NCBI GenBank assembly: GCA_038496445.1
Contig: JALMLS010000052.1
Location: forward strand, 1-64,000
DNA length: 64,000 nucleotides
Source: Trichosphaerium sp. ATCC 40318
Taxonomy: Eukaryota; Protista; Tubulinea
Direction: 5' to 3'
The notes under the pieces were generated by a model. It saw only the letters and a list, made by a program, of their open reading frames with translations. It had not been told where the DNA came from and made no database searches. The translations under genes and the position numbers were made by a program. Shown one piece after another: positions 30,709-44,171 of the stretch; the stretch's first letter is position 1; every line of letters starts with the position of its first letter.

Positions 30709-33666
30709 ATGGTGCACGCAAGTACGTATCAATAGTACACGTGATTTTGAAGTTGTAAATCAAGCTTCAACTTTTCTCTTTGCTTTTCGCTTTGGTTGTC
30801 AACAAACTATCTGTGTAGAACTGCTAGTGGTTCTCGTGGTCGTGTTGTTTACTGTAGCAAACTACGCCGGAGACAGGAGATTTTTCTTCAACTTTAGATG
30901 CCAAAGAGCATGTGGTGCTCAAATATTTGATTACTTTTACGGAGGATACTTGTTGGGCGGTAGACCTGATTCGTCTCTAGTAGACTATAGACCTGCTTTA
31001 GATGCGTGAGTTTAAAAGTCAACTGCAACAACAACAAAGCTTAGAATTCTCCTTTAAAAAATACAAACCCTTTTCATTTTTTTCATAAGTTTAACACTTT
31101 TCCTCAAGTTATGGACCGCGAACGGTATTTTGGAGGAAGAGAGAAACGAGCTCCGTAGAACCTGACTTCATTGGGCCGGTCATGGGCGCCTATGATGGCA
31201 CGACATTGTACGGTATGTTCACAGTTCGCTAGTTAAACTGCTAATATCCTACTACTAGGAATCGACAAGGACAATTCTGGATTCTTTAGCGTTGTTGCTA
31301 TTGATATGGATGAGAAAGAAGCGTCTGGTCCTTTTGCTGGGGAACCTAAAACAGAAATTTTGTGGGAATGCCGCGAACCAAACCACACTAGATCAGATTG
31401 TCAACAAATGGCTTTTTCAATATTTGATTCTTCAATTGCTTTTGATCATGAGAACCGTTACCTATACTGGACTGGACAACCTTACAGATATCCTCGTAAT
31501 GGATTCTATAGGTTTAATGTGGACACGAGGGAAGAACCTGAGGTACAAACTAGCATTTTCATTCGATAGCTCAGAGCACGTGCATTAATGTCGTTTAGTT
31601 TTTAGATTGGACACCTTACACGACAACCAAACAACGTGGTCAAATGAGAGTATTTGAAGGATTCCTTTACGATGTCGTTACTGTAGATGCAATAACAGCG
31701 AATATAGGTATCTGGAGATACAATATAACTGACGGCTCAAGAACGCACTGGATGAAACCGTGTAAGTAAAGCAGCTTCATTCCAAAAAAAACTAAACAGT
31801 TTTCTTTAGGGGACTACGATTTTAGAAGCCCTATCGAACCTTATGGATTGGCTTTCGATTATGTAACCCGCATGGTTTATTTTACAATAGCTGAAGTCAA
31901 TAAATATACTGCTGCGCGTATCATCAAAAAGAGTATCGATCAGACCACAATTGAACCTTACGAAGAGGCAAGTGTTTTTTGCACTTGTGACATGTGGCTA
32001 ACACGTGACGTAGCTGGATGTTGGTCCTATGCATCAACGTATATATAGTATTGAATTGAATCCAGGGAAAGAACTTTACATGCTTTCAGAAGAGCCTAAC
32101 CGCGTCCGTGCAGCAGTACCTATCGGCCTCACGAAAATGATATGTCGCTTTATTCTGGATGAGATGTATCCTCCTATGGCAAATTGTGATTTACTCGGCT
32201 TAAGTCCGATACAAGGACTTAGATACATTGCTATTAAACCAGGTGATAAAATACATATACCGGCCTACCCATCGTAAGTCATTCTTTATTCTTTCAACGC
32301 ACGTGTCTAAAATCTGTTTTTAGTGTCAGCATTCCAAATGCCGCGGAATTCAACTTCGATGACGGCAAAGGACGGCCAATTTGGGGTAAATGGGAAATTG
32401 GATTCTCAGGAAGCGTTTGGACAACTACCGACTTCGACAGAGACGAACGTGTTGAGTACTTTGAAAAGCCTTACGGCGGCCGAAACCAAGTTGCTGGTGT
32501 ACACGTTGACATCGAAAACAGAAAGATATACTACCAATCGTACTACAAATGGGCTCTTCGCGAGATCGATATGAGGACTTCAGAGGTCTCTGATATATGG
32601 ATATGTCCTTACCCGGAATATTTAACACCACCTTTATGCGACAGAATAATAGAAAATTGCGAAGATGACGAATGCTCCTTTACTTACGACAAAGACACTC
32701 AAACTTTTTTTTGGGTCAATGATAACTTCCGACATCTCTTCTACGAGAGGGTTAGTACTGATCCAAGTAGACGAGATATACCTGTAGAATACGAATGGGG
32801 TACTTCTGTAGGCTCTTTACTCGGTGCAATGTCAGTATACGATGGATACGTCTATATACCGATGAAAACAAATGGTATTCAAAGAAAAAAGATATCAGAC
32901 ATCAAAAGTGGAAGTACAGATTATGAAGTTTTTGCGGACCCTTCTAACTGGGATGTATCTCTAAATAGTCTATACATATCACCTATAGCCAATAAGATGT
33001 ATATCGGTGCCACAGAATCGATATTTACTCACCCTATTGCATCAACAATATCAGAATCAACAGCAACTAAAATCGAGTTTCAAAGGGAATCACGATGGGG
33101 TGCCAATTGGCAGGTTCAGGCTGTTGTACCAACTGACGACAACCGAATATACTTTACTGTAGATTATAGCAATAACGTATACTTGGGTCTTATGCCAGCA
33201 GAAGGGCCTGATGCGCCACTCGGAGTAGATGAAGTTTGGTCTGATCACAGGAAAACTACTGGAAGTATGGAGAAGTACTTGTTTTATTACCCACCATCAT
33301 CACCAAGTCCTATAGGTTCGTTAAATTGATTCTTTCTATTTCTAAAATATTAAAAGCTCCACAAAAAGCTCCACAAACAACACCTTCTTCAATGACTTCT
33401 CCAACAGGTAGTCAACCTTCTTCAATGACTTCTCCGATAGGTAGCCAAACTCCAAGTGATTCATCCACTCCATCAGCGAGTACAGGTAATACTTCGACTA
33501 TCTTAACTATTTTGTCTTAAGAATGCATCGTATTGACGCTATTGTAGATCCTAGCGATCCTTCTGGAACCAGCGCGCCTGTGGATACTTCATCCGGATAT
33601 TCAACTTCAACAAGTGTAACAATCTCAATCATCCTTATACTTGCATTCCTTACAGTAAAGTTCTAG
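30709..33666 (+). CDS. Surface protein with LDLR class B (YWTD-like) beta-propeller repeats, S/T/P stalk and GPI-signal-like tail
   Basis: Signal peptide MVHAKLLVVLVVVLFTVANYA after splicing; repeats IAFDHENRYLYWT, LAFDYVTRMVYFT, VDIENRKIYY, YDKDTQTFFWV; tail STSVTISIILILAFLTVKF*. Confidence 0.72.
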
Positions 33667-33711
33667 AGGAAAATAAAGAGCAACATTATTTTGGGTTTTT
33701 TTATGTCGAGT

Positions 33712-36700
33712 TTACTTGCAGCCGCCCTTTAGACAAGGTTTTCCAACGGAAGACTCTACCAAAAACTAAAAAATTGAAATCACTGATTACTTTTTTTGAA
33801 AAAACTTGACTTTAATTATGGTACTTCACAAATACATTCCTCTCCTCTATAGCTTACGGTAATACTTCCACTATCTGGTACTCTAGTAATAAACCAACAA
33901 TACCATTCGGATGTTTCACATTGAATATCGTTTGTTCCAGGAACGTCAAAGCAAGGGAACGTATTACAACTAGATTAAAAAAAAGAAGTGAGCACGTAAA
34001 TTTTTGTCCCGTGAACAAAATGTTCTGGGTATTTTCTTTGTAAGCTGGACGTACAAACAGGTGCCATTGTATATGTATGGTGATACACATATTGCAATTG
34101 GTGGTAGAGTTGGTGGAAAAGTTGTAGGTGGAGCTGTTGTAGGAGGTGCTGTTGGTGCAACTGTTGTTGGAGGTGCGATAGTGGTTGGCACTGCAGTTGG
34201 TGGGTTCGTGGTTGGCGCTCTTGTTGTTGGTGGGTTTGTTGCTGGTGGCAATGTTGTTGGAGGGTTTGTTGGAGGTAGAGTGGTTGGAGATCGTGTCGTT
34301 GGTGGAAGCGTTGTTGGGGGTAGGGTTGTTGGAGGCCTGGTTGTTGGTGGGTTTGTTGGAGGTAGAGTGGTTGGAGATCCTGTAGTTGGTGGAAGTGTTG
34401 TTGGAGGCAGAGTGGTTGGGTTTGTTGCAGGAGGTAGGGTCGTTGGAGGATTCGTTGTTGGTGGAAGGGTTGTTGGAGGCTGAGTAGTAGGAGGCCTCGT
34501 TGTAGGTGGATTTGTTGGTGGTAGGGTGGTAGGATTTGTTGCAGGTGGTAGGGTTGTTGGCGAATTCGTCGTTGGTGGAAGAGTGTTGGCGGTTGAGTAG
34601 TAGGCGGTCTGGTTGTTGGTGGGTTAGTAGGAGGCAGAGTGGTTGGGTTTGTTGCCGGTGGTAGGGTCGTTGGTGGATTCGTTGTTGGTGGAAGAGTAGT
34701 TGGTGGCTGAGTAGTAGGTGGCCTCGTTGTAGGTGGATTAGTTGGTGGCAAGGTGGTTGGATTTGTTGCAGGTGGCAAGGTTGTTGGTGGATTCGTTGTT
34801 GGAGGGAGGGTGGTAGGAGGTTGAGTAGTAGGCGGTCTGGTTGTTGGTGGATTAGTTGGCGGCAAAGTGGTTGGGTTTGTTGCCGGTGGCAGGGTTGTTG
34901 GTGGATTCGTTGTTGGTGGAAGGGTCGTTGGTGGTTGAGTAGTAGGTGGCCTCGTTGTAGGTGGGTTCGTTGGTGGCAGAGTGGTTGGATTTGTTGCCGG
35001 TGGCAGAGTTGTTGGTGGATTCGTTGTTGGTGGAAGGGTCGTTGGTGGTTGAGTAGTAGGAGGTCTCGTTGTAGGTGGGTTAGTTGGAGGCAGAGTGGTT
35101 GGAGATCCTGTAGTTGGTGGTAGAGTAGTCGGTGGTAGAGTCGTTGGTAAGGTCCCTGGCGCTACTGTTGTTGGTGGGCGTGTTGTTGGTGGAAGTGTGG
35201 TTGGTGGTAATGTGGTTGGACCTGCCGTGGTTGGTGGTTCTGTAGGCGCTACCGTGGTTGGTGGCGCTGTTGTTGGAGGTTCTGTTGTTGGAGCATCTGT
35301 TGTAGGTGGTAATGTTGTTGGGACAGTAGGTGGCCCCTCTGTAGTTGGTGTCATTGTAGTAGGTGTTAATTGTATTACAATCTCGCTTGCTTCCGCAGAA
35401 AGACAAAATTCTTCAGTTCCAGACCTACAAAAGATGTCAAAATCACTGCGTCAGGTAGTATTCAACGAAGTGTTTTAATTCAAATAATCGACTTTGAAGT
35501 AGTACCTATCAATTTCAGCATGTGAATTATAGTTAACAAAAGTGTTGTCTGAGTCTGTTATGCTGGCTTGTATATCGTCTATTATACCAGGAGCTATTAA
35601 ATCAACAATAAAAGAACATGAAACTTGTTCAGTATCGTCTAACTCTGCGTCAAAAGACATTTCTGTAAAACTCGACGCAATATTAGTTGCCTTGAAAAAA
35701 ATAAAATCAGCATATCACGTGATAGTAAGTAGGGTAAATGAAAAGGGAGGGAAAATAAAAAACTTACAAGGGAAGTACATGATACACTTCCTGGGTCTAT
35801 TTCACCATGATCTTGATCAATAGGGAATACAACACTGACGCGTTCTGTATCAGCTGGGAGTGTTTCGAAATTATTACAAGTTATGGATAGACGTATTTGA
35901 TCGCCTAGTTCTTTGCATTAGTACAGTGGCCTAAAAGAATGCATGCGTGGTGTGAAAGCCTTTTTTTATTTTCTGTAAAAATCAGGTTACCTGGGAATAA
36001 TTGATCTTCAATGTTGTTTAAGAAATCAATAGAGTGCCTATTAGTAAAGAGGGTTATTTCAAAAAGTCCAGAGTAAAAAGTAATCACAATCTGAAAGGTC
36101 TAATTTTTTCTAAATTTCTGTTGATGTAGCTTAAATCACGTGACTACGAAACCAAAAAAAGAGAAACGAATAAAAAAAATTGCTCATCACGTGCCAACAA
36201 GAAACGCGAGGTGCACAACATGTGTAGTTTATAACAGCATCAACATTAGCTTCAAGAGATTCCAGTAATACTTCTATTGAAAGGACTTGACTGTACTCCT
36301 TAATATAATTGTCATCATTTGTACATACTCAACTCTATTATTTTCGCCTTGCAAAGTCGCACGTGCGATCTGAAAGAAATCTGTTTGCATACCTGAAAAT
36401 TACTATTGTCGTATGGAATGCACACATCAACTGGTTCACTAATATCAGTTCGTAGGACCACACTTGATGCCAAAGGCACTCTAGTTAATCTGCTTATGGC
36501 TGTAATATTTATGCGTAAATCGTTATCTTTCTGTAGTACTCTAACAAGCCAGCAGTCTGCGTACAGAGTAAGAAAAAGCAAAAAAGAAACGAAAAAAAAA
36601 AGTCTACAAAAAGATTCAAAAGCTGAAAACTTTCATTTTCCCCACATACCGCATCCATTCTCTATTAAGTTAACTGGTGGAGAAATATCACTACCTCCTG

Positions 36701-37010
36701 GGCCTGTGTATAAAACATCGCATGATCCTGTAGCTGTGATATCGTTACTGAGTGCGAAGCGTTGTTCTACAACAGAGCATCTTGTTGCCAGTTGTAAGGT
36801 ATCTGAGCTTTCGAATTGAACAGAAAGGGTACGCTCCCCACCAATAACAGTATCCGAATTTATAGTTACACTGCCTGTTGGTGATGTAGCGTTACCTACT
36901 ATCATAGAATCAACGCCAAAGGTGTCCAATAGAGGCGGTGCGCCAATAAGGACCTGCCCTACTGCTATATTTGATATAAAAAGCAAAGCAAAGACAATAA
37001 TGAACTTCAT
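33712..37010 (-). CDS. Large secreted mucin-like protein: beta-rich N-terminus, Pro/Thr repeats, Cys-rich C-terminal domain; 1-nt frameshift at about 34584
   Basis: Signal peptide MKFIIVFALLFISNIAVG; PT repeat region about 34100-35360; C-terminal CVSPY..GTCL..FCSR..CNTFPCF..CETSEWYCW..PCLKGGCK*. Confidence 0.75.
34408..35090 (-). repeat. Six tandem 114-nt (38-aa) units PPTNPPTTRPPTTQPPTTLPPTTNPPTTLPPATNPTTL
   Basis: Unit starts at 35090, 34976, 34862, 34748, 34634 and 34521; the fifth unit is 113 nt. Confidence 0.92.
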
Positions 37011-37940
37011 CTGTCCCTATTGCGTTGTGTAGGAGTGAAAATTTTTTTTTAAGTTTGTGATTTGTGATAGTATCTCCGCGCGAGCACTTTTCCTGAGATT
37101 GCTGGGGAAAAGGTTTTACAAATGACAATATGGTATTCTGTGAGATGTGTAACATCTCATGAATCTGCACCTTGCTTACTAATGTTTGACAGAAAAAGAC
37201 GAAGTCTTGGGTTTATCCTGCATGTTTTGGTTCTCAGCTGATTCTCTACGCTTGTTGGGCGCGTATGATGCAGCGGGGACTCGTAAAAAAACCCCAAAGA
37301 TCTTTGGATGCCGGACTATTACCTGCAATATGTTGGATAATAACCAGTGGTGTAGATACTTCTGGAGGAGCATAGATAAAAGAGGCTTTGCCCGAAAATC
37401 GCATACATTATTTTCGCTCACAGCTTTCCCAAACGGAACCAACACGCCCTTCTTTATCATTTACGCCAAGTATTGGATGGATCGTTAACAGTATTGTAAA
37501 CTAAACATGCTACAGAACCTACTTAAGGTCTATCACGTGAACCAAGTAAGTGTTAATGCAGTTTAGCAACAAGCGTTGCTGCAATAATGTCAAGTAAGAT
37601 ATGTCACTCTGTTCCCAACAGTGGTGCTTGGAAGCGTATGTTGACATGCACTAAATTTCACCATACAAACCATAGCTGTTCCTTGCGTTTTGGTGCTAAA
37701 TTCCGACCGATGGACCCTTTTTACTAAATGAGGACTCAAAAAAGCTGTAAAAAAAAACAATCAGCAAAACGCGTCCTAACCGGGAATACACCAAACAAAG
37801 GCAGTAAATTGTTTATCCTACGCGTAAAGAGTACTTTGGTACATCGAATAATGTTTTCACAAAAAAAACACGTTAAGAAAACGCAAAACCACTTTCCACT
37901 TTTACACGCACCTCACCGCTGATATTATCGTTGCAAGGCA

Positions 37941-40900
37941 ATGTCAGCGAATAACCACGTACCCTTACAAGACTATTCGCCTCAAGGATACAGTACGTAT
38001 TAGTTATGTATGTACTGCTAATTGAATTGCTGTAGCCGATAATACGCAAGATGTTGTTTACGAAGTACCAGAAAAGCGTTCTTGTTGTCAAAAAACTTGC
38101 CACCAGGCGTCTAAACACAAGATAGTCTCTTGTTGCGTCATTTCGTGTATTGTTCTAACAAGTACGCTACAAACTCGGTCCGAATAGCTACTGACGCACT
38201 CAAGTCCTTATATTTATTGCTGTAACGATAATCTTTGTATTGCTGTTACCACTTCAAAGTACTACGATTCAAGACGATGTTTTTTTGAATGTACTCGGTA
38301 TTTGCGGAACTAGCAACGCCTACGAGGTACGTAAAATATTCAGCCGTTAATTTGCGATAAGAATAACCAATTTGTTTGCAGTACAATGCGACAATAACCA
38401 ACCCATCTCTCTTATCTGCAACAGTAAGCGAGACCCTGCTGAAGTTTACTCACGAGGGAGTTTTATTTGTTACAACACCGCTACCAGGCACGTCATGAGG
38501 ATGAGAACAAGCTTGCTACCAAACATATTGAGACATAATCACCTTTTTGAGCGAAAGAAAAAAAACCGTTTCGTCTAACTGTTTTTTTTTAGCTTTCAAT
38601 TTGCCATCAGGAGACAGTGTACTCGATTTTACATCAGGTTTCACAGTTGTGGATGAAGATGAACTACAGAAAATTGTCAATAAGGTGATGAATGGCACAG
38701 TATTAACGATAGATGCAACAGGTACGCATAAATAGAAAAATAGATGTGGAAAAAAAAACACTTTAACATTTTTTTAAAGTGCACATCAAGGTTAAAGCAT
38801 TGTACATGACATTCAACTCATTGATTGAGATCCCCTTTACCTTTAATGTACGTTGTAATTATGTAGAATGTTGTAGCATAGGTTAGAAGAGCTTCAAGTT
38901 CTTACTCCTCTTGAAGGAAGAGGAAACAAACCAAACAACAGAATTTAGAGAAGCACGTATTCTTCAGTCAACATTTGAAGAACTAGTAATACGAGTGGAA
39001 GCCGGTATTGTAAATAAGCAAAGGATGAAGGTAAGGTTACCATCAATTGCCATAGATGTCATCCACGAAGGCGTAAGTGCAAACCGAAATACCAACTATC
39101 GATTTTCTAACATTGTGCAGGTTGCAATATTTACCATTTTCACTGATGCCCTAAACTATGATCTTGGTTATAGTGACATTTTTGCTGTTATTTCCACATC
39201 TAGGAGAGTTGCAAATCACACACGTGCTCTTGTTAAGCGTATGGGTGATGGTACACCACTTAACTTCACCATTGTTGGGTATGGTTTAATTGCTGGTCTT
39301 CTTGTGCTTACTCTACTCAAAAAAGGTCTCCAGAGGGTGATTCTAGTTGTTTGGCTCAACGTTTATTGAATAATGTAACTTTATCATTCGGTCTCGATAA
39401 CGAGAGGAAAGAAAAGTCCAAAGAAGAAGAGTTACCTTTTGAATACGATATTATTTCTGTAACAGTAGGTAAAGTTTTTGAAGATCGTGTTGACATTAAT
39501 GTCAACATGACTCTACTGAATAAGTTTCCTTTAAGGTATGTTATAATAGATACAATTGTATTCCCAGAACTAACTGGATTCTTACTTAAAACAGAGGTCG
39601 TATTCCTCCATTGTATCTTCAAGTTGAGCACAATGATAGTACAACTATTTTACCTGTTATCTCAGAACTCACATTCCCTTCTGGTATCAGCGTTGAGAAC
39701 GTATGCGTTCTAATGCTTTGTTCTTAATCAACCTAATAGATCTACTAGGGAACACAAACTTTTGTAATCTCCTTGTTTAACGTTGATTCGATGGCCACAG
39801 CTGAAGCAATTCAAGTTGTTTTGGATGTACGAAAAAACCAAAAAAAGCCCCTTTGTTTTCTCCTTTTATTTTACCTTTTGTCAGTACCTTATTTATGGCT
39901 TAGGGTAATCCTATTATCATCAACATTCGTGGTACCAGAGATCCTCAAACTGATCTTTTATCGTACCTCTTGAATGAGTACAAATACGAGTACTTGTTCG
40001 ACCCAAAAAAAGGCAAGTTTTTGCACATATCCTGTGTAACGCAGCTTATTTCTATTACAGACAGCGTTGATGCGTCATCTCTTGGATCCTTAGATAAAGT
40101 TCAACTTGTTGACGTAACTGAAGATACAGCGAAAATGGGTGTAACAATGGAACTTGGTGAGATGATGCTCTCAGGAGCTATCCCTCCTATAAATATCCAA
40201 GTAACAACAGAAGACAATTCGAGCAAAAGAAGTACTGTACGTTATACAACGTTACTTAACTGATACTTACTTTCTCTCAGGAAAGCATTGAAAAAGTATT
40301 GGCTTCTCTAAGCCTAGCGCCAACGCTTCATAAAACATCTGTTGGCGTCGAAATTACTCTGACAGTTCCTGATTATGAATTCATTGGTACGTTGTATCTT
40401 GTAATTTTATTTGGTGTTAACGTCTTCCTTAGGGAACTTTATTACTTCCTTTACTGATGGTACAAAGTCTCGTGTTACTATAGGTGGTACCACCGCCCTT
40501 GATAAGACACTGTTCAACCAGATTGTACAACACTTAACATGGGACTATGTCTTAAACGACAAGAAAAATACAAGCACAAACTCAACAACAGAAGACAAAA
40601 CAGAGGACTTTATCACCATTTTGGGCTACTCGACTCATGGTAACAGTTGCATAATATTATAAACCATAACTTACTTGAATAGGATACCATCCTGGTGGTT
40701 TCCGTGGTAAAGTAGATTTGCAATTAAACACAGGTTTTGTGGTACAACATATTTTTTTTTTTCAAGTTTTTGTTCTTCGTTTATTAATAATTTTAGGGTA
40801 CCCTTCCTGCCTTGAAATTCAGATTCAAGCGTATAGAGAATCCTGGAGACCTTATTATCCTAACAATTGAAGAAATCGAGGTTATGGAGAATCAGAAAAA

Positions 40901-42470
40901 GCTATCTGCTTTCTTCCAAATCTACGTACAAAACGTAGACCGTATGGCTCTCACTGCAAATAATCTGTTTGCTGGTAAGTCATAAAAAACAAAAGACTCA
41001 TATTCGCATTGAGAGGTTCTTATGTACACCTAGGTGATAAAATGGCGTTTAGTGTACTAGGTGATGCTAGACAGACTAAAGAGACAATTTTCAGTAATAT
41101 TATGAAGTACTGGAAATACCAGCTTGATGCTTCTGAAAATACTGCTAACAGAACAGACGGTCTATTTCCTGATATTAACATTGAGATTGCTTCGTATGTT
41201 GCTAAAAAGTTGATTTTTTTGATTGAACTATGCTGACTTTTTGGTTTATTTTTAGATCTACTAAAGATACTTTGACTACACGTGTTACAGTCAAGGATAT
41301 GGATATTCCGCTTGAGTTTGAGTCTTACCTTGGTACAATAAGTGCAAGTATAGTGTACGAAGATGTACTGGTCGGTAACATAGTGATGGAAAATCTTGTC
41401 GTAAAGCCAGGTTCGATTTTTTGGGGTTTTTTTTCTGCTCTTTGTTTTGTTTTGACTGTGGTTTAGGAAAGCAAGATTTCTTTGTTACAGCTACCTTAAT
41501 AGCTACAAATGATAGAGATAAACTAGAGAAATTAATAAGCGAGTTCACTTTTGGAAACCTAGTAGATATTCTTTTGAAGTACCTCATTGCATGCAAAAAA
41601 AAATGCTAATTTTTTTGTAGAGTTACAATAAGTGATCTTGATGGTGAGCCTATTAAATTTGATTACATGTTCGAAATACCACAAGAGTCAACTGAAAGCG
41701 ATATCAAATTTATTGAGTGTGCTGAGCTATCTGAAATGAACTGGTGAGTAATTTTTAATTCGTCCTTGATTAGAAAAAAAAAGACAAAGAGCGAATTATT
41801 AACTGAGTTTATCAAAGGTCTCTTTGGGATTTTATACTTAAAAAATGCCAAGTAACAGCTGAAACACATTTATACCTTCATAATCCAATGCCTTTCCCTA
41901 TTGAAGTAACGTATGTCAATTACACAATGCAATTTGATGATAAGGATGGTATGCAACGAAAAAACATTGCGTTCTCTTGTAAAGTTCTAATTCTTTGGCT
42001 TTTAGGTTCTCTCTCGTTTTTCTTAGGTAACTATGAACCTAAAGACGGTATAATTATCGCCCACGTGGAAGAGCCTGGTAATCTAGATCCTCCACCGCTT
42101 CCTATCGAAATTGGAAGTAAGGTTACACGTGCGTGCATTCAAACTGGATAATTTGTTGTAAGCAAGAAGATTAAATTTTTGGTATTTAGAGCTTACAAGG
42201 ATGGCTTTAAACAGTATAGTTAGTAATGAGCTATGTCTTCGATTAAAAGATGAGCGTGATAAAGATCAACTAATCATTGACGTTGAAGGAGGTACCTTAA
42301 TGTCATTCTACAACGCGAACTAAACATTTTTTCAAGGAACCTCTTGTATCAAACTTCAAAAGTTTGAAGCATGCATTGACTTTGTTTTCCGTGACTATGC
42401 AGTAAAGAATGATTCACCTCCATGCATAGAAAAGATAAAGGGGAATTTAGCAGGAAAGCGTAGAGCATAA
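37941..42470 (+). CDS. Type II membrane protein with repeated LEA_2/DUF3712 (Tag1-like) beta-sandwich domains
   Basis: Short Cys-rich cytosolic N-terminus, one TM (VISCIVLT..LIFIAVTIIFVLLL), then repeated beta-rich units with NP-like motifs (NATITNPS, TLLNKFPL, TLHNPMPFPIEVTYVNY); about 20 introns. Confidence 0.6.
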
Positions 42471-42640
42471 AAAACGTGTTATTCGTTGTACAAAAAAGTA
42501 AACAGATTTATTCTAAAAGCCAGAATTTGCACGGTTTTGGCTGTTGGTTTTGATACTCAAATTTTAGCGATGAGTCATCCACAGAAGATAAGCAAATTGA
42601 TAGTATTCACTGTTGTTAAGTATTACGCAACATTGTAAAC

Positions 42641-43962
42641 ATGATTATGGTATTACTAGTTGCGTTCGTTGCAATAGTAATTCTCGGGGTAGTGTTCCTT
42701 GCAATTCTCGTTGCTACAGCTGAATCTGCGTCTGGAGAGCTGCTACCTGCAGAAAGGTTTTATCCTACACTCGATGGAGCTAAAAAACCCTTCCCTGACC
42801 CTTATTCGCCGTGGAGTGCTACAGACGGCGTGTACCTTTCAGTAATCGCACCAGCATACAACGAAGGTAAGCTTGCCCCAAAAACTTCCAAAACGCGCTT
42901 ACACGCCGTTATTTCTTTAAATATAGGCGTACGCATTAATAACTTTATCTTAGAGGAGCGAATACACAGATTTTTTGAGGACACAATGCCCCATCTCGAG
43001 AAACGAGCAAAAGAGGACTCTAGCTTCACCTATGAAGTCATTGTTGTCGATGATGGTAGTAAAGACAACACAGACCAAAAAGTAATGGAACAATGCAAAA
43101 AATATGGCACTGATAAAATAAGATTGCTTAAATTAGTTAAGAATAGAGGAAAAGGTGGCGCTGTGAGACGTGTACGTCAAAGACATAAAAAGCCAAATGA
43201 CATTCCCAAAAAAAATGTTTTGCCGTGAGACGTCCTTTGATGAATGTTTTAGGGATTCAGTTTAGCGCGTGGTAAATATTTATTGTTTGCTGATTCGGAT
43301 GGAGCTACTCTTTTCAGCGACGTAGACCGTTTAGAAAAGAAACTTAAGACAGCAGAGAAAACAGGATATGGTATTGCTGTGGGTTCAAGGAAGCATTTAC
43401 AAGAAGATGCAGAAGCAAACGCAAGCATACAGGCAGAATCTTTGCTTTTTCTTTTTTTTTTGTAGATTGCTTTTTCTCATTTCTTGTAGCGTACAATACT
43501 TCGTAATTGCTTAATGTGGGGTCTACATATTCTATTATACTATGTGGGCGGTATTACAACCATCAATGACACGCAATGTGGGTTTAAGCTATTCACGCGT
43601 AAAGCAGCGCATAAAATATTCCCACAGGTTCATGTCGAACGGTACGTATCATACACGAGCAGACACAGGACTTTAGCACTTGTTTATTTTTTACCATTCT
43701 TTTCTTGGTGAATTTCTTGATTTTTGAAGCTTGAGTGACGTTAATGTTTAGGTGGGCATTTGATATTGAGTTACTCTATCTTGCAGGACACTTTTCAATA
43801 CCTGCAGTTGAAGTTCCTGTTAATTGGGAAGAGATTGAAGGAAGCAAACTCAATCCATTTTTTGCTAGTATTGAGATTGCTAGAGACCTTTTTCGTATTC
43901 GATTTTATTACTTGTTTGGTGTATGGAAGATATTAAAAACAAAACAAGCAAAATCGGATTAG
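42641..43962 (+). CDS. ALG5: Dolichyl-phosphate beta-glucosyltransferase
   Basis: N-terminal TM, LSVIAPAYNE, YEVIVVDDGSKD, NRGKGGAVR, LFADSDGAT, DTQCGFKLFTR, WAFDIELL, VNWEEIEGSK. Confidence 0.95.
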
Positions 43963-44171
43963 AGAAAAAACAACCAAAAAAAAAACATAACAACAGAAAA
44001 AAGTGTAAATAAAAATTATAAATCGGTCCATTTTCTTAGCTGTTGTTAACCCATCCAATACAACCAACCAATCTAGTTTCGAGGTGTCGTTTTGGATTCT
44101 TCTTTAATTTCAGTGAACTCGAGGCTCTAACAAAAGCTGGCGAAAACTTTCAAATTTCTAGCAAGCGATTT

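Noticed and set aside
34408-35090. Regular array resembling CRISPR or satellite DNA
   Set aside because: No unique spacers; codon-periodic variation shows a protein-coding repeat in a eukaryotic gene.
34004-35478. Gly/Val-rich and Trp/Arg-rich plus-strand ORFs (also 25926-26213, 51803-52117, 56600-57089, 12350-12869)
   Set aside because: Antisense shadows of low-complexity coding repeats.
37179-37488. Overlapping ORFs on both strands (also 62495-62939 and 29736-29981)
   Set aside because: No motifs or convincing splice signals; treated as intergenic.
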